This document shows, piece by piece, positions 56,258 through 64,000 of a stretch of DNA of 64,000 bases. The number at the start of each line of letters is the position of its first letter. Within the stretch, counting starts at the first letter, position 1. The DNA comes from an uncultured Bacteroidales bacterium (GTDB taxonomy: Bacteria; Bacteroidota; Bacteroidia; Bacteroidales; ML635J-15): NCBI GenBank assembly GCA_964397745.1, contig CAYNKH010000001.1:20232-84231 (forward strand), in the 5' to 3' direction. Below the pieces are notes generated by a model. That model saw only the letters and a program-made list of their open reading frames with translations. It did no database searches and had not been told where the DNA came from. Position numbers and translations under genes: made by a program.

Positions 56258-57217
56258 TTATTTACTATTTGATTTTTTTGCAACAACTATCATCTCTTCT
56301 CCATAATTTAGCATAGACATTGTTTTATAAATTATGTCATGAGCTAACAAGCCCAGCCAAATAACAAATTTTGGGACTTTTGTTACCTTATTGAAAAAGT
56401 TTTGCCGTTCAGAATTGGAAATTCCTTCTTGATTACTTTTTTTGTTCTTGTTTTTGCGTCCTTTAAGCCATGGCAGTACCGTAAACATCAAAAAAAGCTT
56501 TAATTCATAGCTTGATTTAATTTTGATAATTTCAAAACTTTCATTTTCGAGTAAAGTTCTAATGCTTGCTTTAGAAAAATAGTTAATATGCTCTAATGAC
56601 ATCATGCTCCATTTCTCTTTTTGTTTTCGTGCAACTTTACTGTTTATTTGGGGAACCTGAAAGACAAAATATCCATCATCCTTTAATATTTGCTTTACTT
56701 TTTTTACTACCTCTGCAGGTTTTTCGATATGTTCGAGCACATCCCACATAGTTACAACATCCCAATTGTTTGAAGGAAGGTTTATGTTGAAAAAATTATC
56801 GTGAGCAACATTTAGCTCTAAATCATTTACTGCGTAATGGTGCATAAGTTCTGATATTTCAACTCCTGAAGCATCAAAACCCATAAGTTTGGCGGTATAT
56901 AAAAAGTGTCCCCAACCAACGCCGATGTCATATAGTTTGCCCGTTTTTTTGTATTTGCGAATTAATTTTATACGTAGTTTATGCCTTCGGATTTTTATAT
57001 AATTATTTCCTTTTCGCACCGAACTAAGCACTTCTTCGTCTCGGTAATCGTCATAATGAATATGCTCACGATAGTATTGAGGTATAAAAACAAATTTACA
57101 GTTTTGGCATTCTGTTACTTTAAAATCAGACCGCTCAAATTTTAAACTAAATTTTTGTGGGTTTTTATTCCCACAAACTTCACAATGTATATTTTCTAAA
57201 TATTTCATATTGTTCAT
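56258..57217 (-). CDS. Class I SAM-dependent methyltransferase with N-terminal zinc ribbon and C-terminal hydrophobic tail
   Basis: 319 aa with CEVCGN...CQNCKFVF, then a SAM motif (LYDIGVGWG) and MWDVLEHI. A hydrophobic segment (LKLFLMFTVLPWL) lies near the C-terminus. Confidence 0.75.
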   Translation of the reverse strand: MNNMKYLENIHCEVCGNKNPQKFSLKFERSDFKVTECQNCKFVFIPQYYREHIHYDDYRDEEVLSSVRKGNNYIKIRRHKLRIKLIRKYKKTGKLYDIGVGWGHFLYTAKLMGFDASGVEISELMHHYAVNDLELNVAHDNFFNINLPSNNWDVVTMWDVLEHIEKPAEVVKKVKQILKDDGYFVFQVPQINSKVARKQKEKWSMMSLEHINYFSKASIRTLLENESFEIIKIKSSYELKLFLMFTVLPWLKGRKNKNKKSNQEGISNSERQNFFNKVTKVPKFVIWLGLLAHDIIYKTMSMLNYGEEMIVVAKKSNSK

Positions 57218-57266
57218 TACTGTTGTCTGATAAAACTGTTTTTAAAGCTCTTGCAATATTTGAAAT

Positions 57267-57473
57267 GTGTCGTCCCTAACGGGACTTTTAAAACACTGAT
57301 TACTAAACTTTACCAATGTCATGTCCCTACGGGACTGATGCCATTAGATAGCAAATTTTGGTTATAAAACCCATTCCAATAAAGCTAAAACTCTGCTGGA
57401 CTGACGCCGTTAGGTGTCAAATTTCTGTAATAGAACCAATCCAATAAACTTGAAAGTCCCTTAGGGGCGACTC
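57267..57473. repeat. Family A element, longer copy (internal subunit duplicated)
   Basis: The ends GTGTCGTCCC (57267-76) and GGGGCGACTC (57464-73) are complementary at 8 of 10 positions. The hairpins are GTCCCtaacGGGAC (57272-85), GTCCCtacGGGAC (57323-35) and GTCCCttaGGGGC (57456-68). An inner GGACTGAYGCC-ttagRT..CAAATTT subunit is present twice. Confidence 0.7.
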
Positions 57474-57577
57474 ATTCTTTTTTTTACATATTACACATTT
57501 TTTAATTTTTACTGATAATTAATGATTGTTCATGCAAAAATAATAAACTTGAAAACCGATACAAGCTATTTTGAAAA

Positions 57578-58657
57578 TTACTTATACAAAAAACCAGCAA
57601 CAATTGCAAAGTGATCAGAATCTTCGGTTTTAATAATTTCGTGCGAAACACATTTATATTTTTTATCAAATAAGATATAATCGATTCTTTGTTTTATTCT
57701 AAAATTATCCCAAGTGTGTCCTGGATATTTTCCTTTGCTTGCAAAACTATCTTTTAAACCTTTTGAAATTCTAAAATAAGTATAAGTTAAAGGTCCATCA
57801 TTAAGGTCACCACAAACAAAGACAGGATATGAGCAAGAGTCTATGGAAGCTCTTACGTTTTCTGCTTGTTGAGCTCGTGATTTTAAAGAGGATAAATATT
57901 TTTTTAAAACTGTTTTTATTTTTGTTTTATCGTCAAACTCTGCAAACTCTTCAATAACAGTGTAATCATTTTGATCCAATTGTATTGATTGTAAATGCAA
58001 ATTATAAACTCTCACAGTATCTTTGTTAAGCAAAATATCTGTATAAATAAAACCATTAAAACTATTGTCGAATTTATGTTCGAAAGTGTTAAGTATGGGG
58101 TATTTAGATATTGTTGCCAACCCAAAATTCTGCCCTCCAACTGCTGTTGCAATTGCTGAGCGATATATATTATCTGTTTCTAATAAAAGAGCGATTGAAT
58201 CTAATGTGATAAAACTTTTTGATTTACTGTTCCAATAAGCCTCTTGTAAACATAGAATATCAGGATTTTCGTTATGTATTGTTTTTAAAATATTTGCTTT
58301 AATTTGCGGATTATCCTGCCAACTATAAAGTCCAAATACCATCACATTATAGGACATTATTTTAAAGTCAGGTGCTTTTTTGCCAGCTGATATTAGCGAT
58401 GTTACAGGAAAAATTAGATTTATAAATTTTATGCCGATTAAAATTGCAGTTATAGAAATTAGAGAGTATTTCCATTTTATAAACAACCATACAATTACAA
58501 AACACAGATTTATCGCAACTAATCCAACATAAATGAATGGTAACAGAGCTACAGCAAGAGTTTTTTCGGGAGAAATCCGTACAGAAATATACACTATAAT
58601 TAATATTGCGGCAACAATAATATTTATAAAAAGAGCTGTTCGCTTTATTGTTTTCAA
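57578..58657 (-). CDS. Endonuclease/exonuclease/phosphatase (EEP) family protein with N-terminal TM anchor
   Basis: 359 aa with three N-terminal hydrophobic spans. The EEP fold motifs are ILCLQEA, GDLND and a C-terminal DSDHFAI. Confidence 0.75.
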   Translation of the reverse strand: MKTIKRTALFINIIVAAILIIVYISVRISPEKTLAVALLPFIYVGLVAINLCFVIVWLFIKWKYSLISITAILIGIKFINLIFPVTSLISAGKKAPDFKIMSYNVMVFGLYSWQDNPQIKANILKTIHNENPDILCLQEAYWNSKSKSFITLDSIALLLETDNIYRSAIATAVGGQNFGLATISKYPILNTFEHKFDNSFNGFIYTDILLNKDTVRVYNLHLQSIQLDQNDYTVIEEFAEFDDKTKIKTVLKKYLSSLKSRAQQAENVRASIDSCSYPVFVCGDLNDGPLTYTYFRISKGLKDSFASKGKYPGHTWDNFRIKQRIDYILFDKKYKCVSHEIIKTEDSDHFAIVAGFLYK

Positions 58658-58658
58658 G

Positions 58659-59561
58659 TTAGTTATTTTTACTTTGGTTAAACAGCTTTTCTTTCTCGCT
58701 TTTTGATAAACTTGAGTAACCAGATTGAGCGATTTTTTCTAATATTTTATCTATCTCATCTTGTTCGGCTTTTTTTCTGGCATTATACTCCATATCGTTT
58801 TCAGGACGGGTTTGTTGTTTTTTATTCTTGTTTTTATATGTGATTTTAATATCTTTTGAGGGTTTAAAAAACTCTTTAACTCCGTTTAAGAATCTTGATA
58901 TCCAAATTGTAATATCTGTTCCTTTTCGATAATATATAATAAAAACGAATCCAATAAATGCCCCACCCAAATGAGCAATATGTCCGCCTGCATTATTTAT
59001 TGGAATACTAATAAGATCGAGGACAACAATTCCAATTGCAAGATATTTAAGTTTTACACGCCCAAAAAACAGCATATAAACCTCTTGATTTGGCACAAGC
59101 GTTGCAACCGCAATAACAATCGCCATTACCGATGCAGATGCCCCAAGAGCTATTGAAAACAAAGCTGCAAACGAAAATGCAGGTATCAAGTTATATGCGG
59201 CGATATAAAAAACTGCTCCTGATAATCCTCCAAGAATATAAACTCCTAACAATTGTCTTTGAGAGAGGAATTGCAAAAAAAGTCTGCCAAACCAGAAAAA
59301 TATCAATAAATTAAAAAGTATATGCAAAAAACTTGCATGAGTGAACATGTATGTTATTATAGTCCAAGGCTTTTTGATTAGCGTATCAATATCGGCTGGG
59401 ACAGCAAGAAGTTGAACTAAATCGAAATTAGTTATCCCAAATAAGAAACAAATAACTTTAGTTACAATGATAAGCCCAAAAACAATTAAGTTAATGTATA
59501 TCAAGACATTGAAGTTGTTTCTTCCTTTAAGGCTATATTTTAATTCATCAATAAATCTCAT
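58659..59561 (-). CDS. Rhomboid family intramembrane serine protease
   Basis: 300 aa and multi-TM. The catalytic Ser context is ALGASASVMA and the His context is AHLGGAFIG. A charged C-terminal tail follows. Confidence 0.8.
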   Translation of the reverse strand: MRFIDELKYSLKGRNNFNVLIYINLIVFGLIIVTKVICFLFGITNFDLVQLLAVPADIDTLIKKPWTIITYMFTHASFLHILFNLLIFFWFGRLFLQFLSQRQLLGVYILGGLSGAVFYIAAYNLIPAFSFAALFSIALGASASVMAIVIAVATLVPNQEVYMLFFGRVKLKYLAIGIVVLDLISIPINNAGGHIAHLGGAFIGFVFIIYYRKGTDITIWISRFLNGVKEFFKPSKDIKITYKNKNKKQQTRPENDMEYNARKKAEQDEIDKILEKIAQSGYSSLSKSEKEKLFNQSKNN

Positions 59562-59562
59562 A

Positions 59563-60294
59563 TTAATTCCAACGATTAAACTGTTTTTTCTTCCAGAAGA
59601 GAATTAGGATTAAACCAAACAGCATTCCGCCAAGATGAGCAAAATGTGCAATATTATCGCCAACTCTGTTAACAAATCCGAGATACAGCTCAATTGCAAT
59701 AAATATCATTACAAGGTATTTCGCTTTTATTGGGATAGCAAAATAAACATATAGCAATACGTTTGGAAATAACATCCCAAAAGCTAAAAGTAAGCCATAA
59801 ATTGCTCCCGATGCTCCTACAGTAGGTGTGTTTATCATAAGGTTGAGGTCTCTTAATTGTGGGTCGATATAATTTTTACCACTCATAAGAATTTTACCTC
59901 CTTCTTTAAGCACCAGTTGTACTTGTTCGGCTGGCATTTGGCTCATTAGTGAATTTATTTCTATGTGCATAACACCAAGATGTAGAGCTGCCGCTCCAAG
60001 TCCTGTAAAGAAATAATAAATAAAAAAACGTTTTTGTCCCCAAACGTCTTCGAGAATCTTGCCAAACATATACAAAGCGAACATATTAAAAAACAAGTGC
60101 CAAAAGTCGCCGTGCATAAACATGTGAGTTATTAGCTGTATAGGTTTAAAAAACTCGGATTTAAAGCTGTATGCAGCAAAATACAATTGTAAGTTTGGAA
60201 AAAACATGCTTAATACAAACATAGCGAGGTTTATTATCAGCAAGGTTTTAACAACTGGTGGCAAATCAAAAAATCCTTTTCTTTGGTACATCAT
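59563..60294 (-). CDS. Rhomboid family intramembrane serine protease
   Basis: 243 aa with HMFMHGDFWHLFFNM, catalytic GASGAIYGLL and HLGGMLFG motifs. Confidence 0.85.
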   Translation of the reverse strand: MMYQRKGFFDLPPVVKTLLIINLAMFVLSMFFPNLQLYFAAYSFKSEFFKPIQLITHMFMHGDFWHLFFNMFALYMFGKILEDVWGQKRFFIYYFFTGLGAAALHLGVMHIEINSLMSQMPAEQVQLVLKEGGKILMSGKNYIDPQLRDLNLMINTPTVGASGAIYGLLLAFGMLFPNVLLYVYFAIPIKAKYLVMIFIAIELYLGFVNRVGDNIAHFAHLGGMLFGLILILFWKKKQFNRWN

Positions 60295-62111
60295 TAATTT
60301 AGTTTCCTTTCAATTTCGTCAATACTAATAATTTCAAGTATCTTTTTTCCTTCCACAGTATGATTATGATTTGCACATGACATTAGTCGGTAAAACAAAT
60401 CTTGCATTTCTTGTTCATGCAATTGTTTACCAATTTTAAAAGCTGCTGTTTTAGCGAGCGACAATGCAATTTTTTGATGTAAGACCAATTCGGCACTTCC
60501 TACTATTTCGCCAAGCACGTAAATCATTTGCTCAAGCGTTTTTTGCGGATCAATATCGGTAAGGTCTCCAGGCACACCACGTATTTCAAATTTATCACTC
60601 CCTAACAGAACAATTTCAAAGCCGATATTGTTTAATTCACCCATAAGCTCGAGCAAAACTGCACGGTCGTTTGGTGAGGGCTGATATATTACCGGAAATA
60701 GTGTTTTTTGCACAACTCCTCTGCGTGTTTCTAAAAGCTTTAAAAATCGCTCAAACAAAATCCTTTCGTGTGCTCTCTTTTGATTTATTAAAATAAGACC
60801 AGATTTGCCTGAGGTTAAAATATATTTATTTTTGAGCTGAAAGAAAATGTTTGTTTCGTTATTTACAACATTCAAAAAATTGCTTTGTTGAGTGGTACTT
60901 TCTTGAGGGAGGAAAAAATCATCGGGTGTTTTTTCTTTTCCCGAATCATAAAGACTTTCCCAGTTATTTGGTATGTTTTCTCGATGATATTTTTTTTCAT
61001 TTGGTTTTTCAAATGGGTTATAATCAGGATTTATTGGGATATTAGGAGCTCTAAAGCTGGTTTTTGATGTTAAGTGGGCATCTCTTGTGACATTTTCTTC
61101 AAACTCAAGACCTGGAACTATGTTAAACTTACCGAGAGATTCTTTTACTGCGGCATTTAAAATTTGAAAAATAGCTTGTTCGTCTTCAAATTTAATTTCA
61201 GTTTTTGTCGGGTGTATATTTATATCAATATTTGCTGGATTTATGGTAAAGTAAATAAAAAATGATGGGTGTTCACCTTCGGGTATTAATTTATCAAAAG
61301 CCATTGATACTGCTTTTCGAAAATATGGGTGATACATATATCGATTATTGACAAAAAAGAATTGTTCGCCAGTAGATTTTTTAGTTCTTTCAGGTTTAGC
61401 AATAAAGCCAGATATTTCGACTATAGAAGTTTGTGTATTTACATTTATCAGGTTGCGATTAATGTTTTTTCCAAAAACGCTAATAATTCGTTGTCGTAGA
61501 TTTTCAGATTGCAATTGAAAAACAGGGTTGTTATCTGACACAAAAGTGAATGCAATATTAGGATTTGTGAGTACAATTCGGTGTAATTCGGTTAATATAT
61601 GTCGGTATTCTGCTCTATCAGATTTTAAAAATTTTCGACGTGCGGGTATATTATAAAATAAATTTTTTATGATAAAATTACTCCCCTTTGTACATGCTGT
61701 CGGTTCTTGCGAAGATATTTCGGAACCCGAAATGCAAATATGAGTACCCAACTCCTCATCTACGACTTTTGTTTTGAGTTCAACTGAGGCTACTGCGGCA
61801 ATTGATGCTAATGCTTCACCACGAAACCCCATGGTTTTAATTGCAAAAAGGTCTTCGGCTTTCGATATTTTTGAGGTAGCGTGCCGCTCAAAACTCATTC
61901 TTGCATCTGTTGGCGACATACCGCAACCATTATCAATTATTTGTATAGATGTTTTACCAGCATCTTTAATTGAAATCTGAACTTCTGTTGCACCTGAGTC
62001 AATGGCATTTTCAACTAACTCTTTAATAACCGAGGCTGGACGCTGGATTACCTCACCAGCAGCAATTTGGTTTGCTACAGCATCGGATAATAATTTTATT
62101 AGGTCTGACAT
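60294..62111 (-). CDS. mutL: DNA mismatch repair protein MutL
   Basis: 605 aa with GHKL ATPase motifs (ELVENAIDSGA, DNGCGM, GFRGEAL) and a C-terminal dimerisation domain. Its start and stop overlap the neighbouring genes. Confidence 0.95.
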   Translation of the reverse strand: MSDLIKLLSDAVANQIAAGEVIQRPASVIKELVENAIDSGATEVQISIKDAGKTSIQIIDNGCGMSPTDARMSFERHATSKISKAEDLFAIKTMGFRGEALASIAAVASVELKTKVVDEELGTHICISGSEISSQEPTACTKGSNFIIKNLFYNIPARRKFLKSDRAEYRHILTELHRIVLTNPNIAFTFVSDNNPVFQLQSENLRQRIISVFGKNINRNLINVNTQTSIVEISGFIAKPERTKKSTGEQFFFVNNRYMYHPYFRKAVSMAFDKLIPEGEHPSFFIYFTINPANIDINIHPTKTEIKFEDEQAIFQILNAAVKESLGKFNIVPGLEFEENVTRDAHLTSKTSFRAPNIPINPDYNPFEKPNEKKYHRENIPNNWESLYDSGKEKTPDDFFLPQESTTQQSNFLNVVNNETNIFFQLKNKYILTSGKSGLILINQKRAHERILFERFLKLLETRRGVVQKTLFPVIYQPSPNDRAVLLELMGELNNIGFEIVLLGSDKFEIRGVPGDLTDIDPQKTLEQMIYVLGEIVGSAELVLHQKIALSLAKTAAFKIGKQLHEQEMQDLFYRLMSCANHNHTVEGKKILEIISIDEIERKLN

Positions 62112-62437
62112 TATTGGCTAAAAAATTTAATTAAGGGTGTTAGGTCAACTGCTATTAAAATGTATGCCAAAAAGAACAATACTGCCATTATGACAAAAAG
62201 CCTTATTGTCGAACTGCGACTACGATATGCTCTTCTTGGCATCTTTGGTCTAAAGCTACCTTTTATAGTAGCACCAGGTTTGTATTCATCGTCTTCTATG
62301 CTTATTTGTGCTTTACCACGCAATTCACGAAGCTCTCGACGCCTTTCTTTTCTTTCTTCTTTCTCTGGATCATAAAAGCGTGGCTTATAGTCGTAAACAT
62401 TATATTCAGGTAATTTAAAAAAACCTCCTACACCCAT
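62111..62437 (-). CDS. Hypothetical small membrane protein (basic N-terminal region, C-terminal TM helix)
   Basis: 108 aa, Arg/Lys/Glu-rich, then LFVIMAVLFFLAYILIAV. It is translationally coupled to mutL through an overlap at 62111. Confidence 0.55.
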   Translation of the reverse strand: MGVGGFFKLPEYNVYDYKPRFYDPEKEERKERRRELRELRGKAQISIEDDEYKPGATIKGSFRPKMPRRAYRSRSSTIRLFVIMAVLFFLAYILIAVDLTPLIKFFSQ

Positions 62438-62510
62438 AATTATATATTTTTTACAAAAGTATCAATTTTTTAGAACTCTTCTTAGTCTTACTAACTGAAT
62501 TTTGACAGGA

Positions 62511-64000
62511 TTATTTTCTACTGTCCTTATTTTTGTCATTCTTGATTAACAATAAGAACTTTTTTAATATGTCTATGCTTTCGGGAGAGTAGCCTGCCAA
62601 AAGTAATGGAACAACATATAACACAGACAAAACACTGCTCCTTATAATAAGATCGATGATCAATGAATTTAGCGAAGGTATTAGGGTTGAGATAAAATAG
62701 GCAAAACCGCCAGTTAGAATCATGACAATATGTTTATAGTTGTATGGCTGAGCATTAAACTTTATTTGAACGAAGATAACTTGTATTATCCCTAAAGCAA
62801 TAAAAGCAATAAAAGAGGCCATTGCTGCTCCAATAATGCCATAAGAAGGTAATAATAAAATGTTTAGTATTACAATTAAAAAGATTAGGAATAGCATCAG
62901 ATAACTATGTTGTCTATAATATTTGCTGTACTGAATGATTGTGCCACTAATTGCAGAAACACTTTGAACAACAAATGCTAATGAAATTAACAAAATAACA
63001 TATCTGCCTGTCTCAAATACTGGAGGGAGAAACTGCATGATATTATTGATATTTCCCCAAATAATTATAAAAATCAATATCGACAACAAAAGAAGGTTGT
63101 GAGTGCTTTGCTTATAAATGGTTTTTATACTTTCCCATCTGTCTGCTTTTATGTCTTCGGCTATTATAGAGCCAGATATTCGAATCAAAGCTCTCGCTGG
63201 CAAAAGTATTATTGTACCAAAAAAGAATGCTGTTGAATATACACCCGTAGCACTTAAATCGCAGTAGTGATTGATTAAATAACGGTCTATCTGGTAAACT
63301 CCAATACTGCTAAAACCTGAGATAATGCCAAATCCAGCAACGCTAATAATTTCTTGAACAAATTTTCTCTTTAAAAATGCAAACGATGGCTTTAGCGAAA
63401 TGTGATTTTTATGTAATAGTAGCAAGCTAATTAATAATACTGGTACTCCGTAAGCCACGGTGTAATAAATGATAAATGCATTAAAGTCGAAAACATTAAA
63501 ATAAAATAGGATTATCCCCAAGAGGTTTAGTATCCTCAGTAAAAACTCTTTAACAAAAATACCAAACGAAGCATTAAACAAAATTCTGTTGTATGAGTCT
63601 ATCAGCAAATAAAATATTGAGATAAATATTAAGGGAATAAGCAAGTAAACATATTCAGCAAATAAAGGTGATCTTTCGATGTTAGAGCTGATTAAATAGG
63701 GTTTGGAGAGATAATATGCAATTGCACAAATAAGAAAACCAAGAGTTCCTACCGATAGCAAAAGGAAAAGAAAGCCATTGTTTTTATTTTTGGTATCTCT
63801 AAAAAACGGGAATAACTTTACTGTTACGTTCATAAACCCAAGTGTACCTACTTGCCCAAATATTGCTGAAATAGATATTAGCAAATTTGTTAGTCCAATT
63901 TCGGCAGTCGAAAAAATTTGAGGCATTATCAAGCCAATATTGATAAAGCCGATGAGAGCTCCCAATGCGGAATAAAAAGAACCTTTAATAGTTTGCCTTG
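62511..64000 (-). CDS. MOP/Wzx-type polysaccharide flippase (5' partial, a few codons off the right edge)
   Basis: It has at least 12 hydrophobic spans. The frame stays open to base 64000 (..RQTIKGSFYSALGALIGFINIGLIMPQIF), which resembles the conserved N-terminus of Bacteroidota oligosaccharide flippases. Confidence 0.75.
   Translation of the reverse strand, partial: RQTIKGSFYSALGALIGFINIGLIMPQIFSTAEIGLTNLLISISAIFGQVGTLGFMNVTVKLFPFFRDTKNKNNGFLFLLLSVGTLGFLICAIAYYLSKPYLISSNIERSPLFAEYVYLLIPLIFISIFYLLIDSYNRILFNASFGIFVKEFLLRILNLLGIILFYFNVFDFNAFIIYYTVAYGVPVLLISLLLLHKNHISLKPSFAFLKRKFVQEIISVAGFGIISGFSSIGVYQIDRYLINHYCDLSATGVYSTAFFFGTIILLPARALIRISGSIIAEDIKADRWESIKTIYKQSTHNLLLLSILIFIIIWGNINNIMQFLPPVFETGRYVILLISLAFVVQSVSAISGTIIQYSKYYRQHSYLMLFLIFLIVILNILLLPSYGIIGAAMASFIAFIALGIIQVIFVQIKFNAQPYNYKHIVMILTGGFAYFISTLIPSLNSLIIDLIIRSSVLSVLYVVPLLLAGYSPESIDILKKFLLLIKNDKNKDSRK

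Noticed and set aside
1-64000. tRNA, rRNA, tmRNA, RNase P, prophage, CRISPR-Cas, restriction-modification, toxin-antitoxin or other known defence modules
   Set aside because: Visual scanning found no T-arm (GGTTCGAATCC-like) or other hallmark RNA motifs. No phage, cas, RM or TA-like proteins appear among the ORFs. This absence is by eye only and should be confirmed with tRNAscan, Infernal and defence-finder tools.

Overview
This is an AT-rich chromosomal segment of Bacteroidota type. Five predicted secreted proteins end in type IX secretion (T9SS) C-terminal sorting domains. Many genes have a TAnnTTTG -7 promoter box just upstream, and operons are tightly packed. The gene content suggests an anaerobe or microaerophile: hybrid-cluster protein hcp with an Fnr-like regulator, a B12-dependent class II ribonucleotide reductase, an exported SOD and OsmC.

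Most of the window is housekeeping: mutS2, mutL, ruvB, tyrS, dapD, prmC, tsaC, waaA, arfB, nrdJ, peptidases and rhomboids.

The one clearly accessory stretch is about 11.9-21.7 kb. It holds two tandem giant paralogous adhesin-like T9SS cargo genes (FG-GAP propeller plus 8-9 MBG repeats). They share an 818-bp tract that is nucleotide-identical, and a truncated IS4-type transposase remnant sits next to them.

The gene-free spacers are unusual. They are built from several families of short dispersed hairpin or inverted-repeat modules that recur across the window, usually at operon boundaries.

Other points:
- A T9SS cargo gene is split by a single in-frame TAA.
- A perfect 16-bp Crp/Fnr-type palindrome sits at class II distance upstream of the ferredoxin-hcp operon.
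- A large nested hairpin lies between that ferredoxin gene and hcp.
- A Mn/Fe superoxide dismutase carries a signal peptide.

Reading by eye, I found no CRISPR array, tRNA or rRNA, prophage, toxin-antitoxin pair or recognisable defence system. I cannot point to a convincing novel multi-gene system. The repeat-module families and the adhesin gene-conversion tract are the most unexplained signals. All family assignments come from motif recognition by eye, not from database searches.
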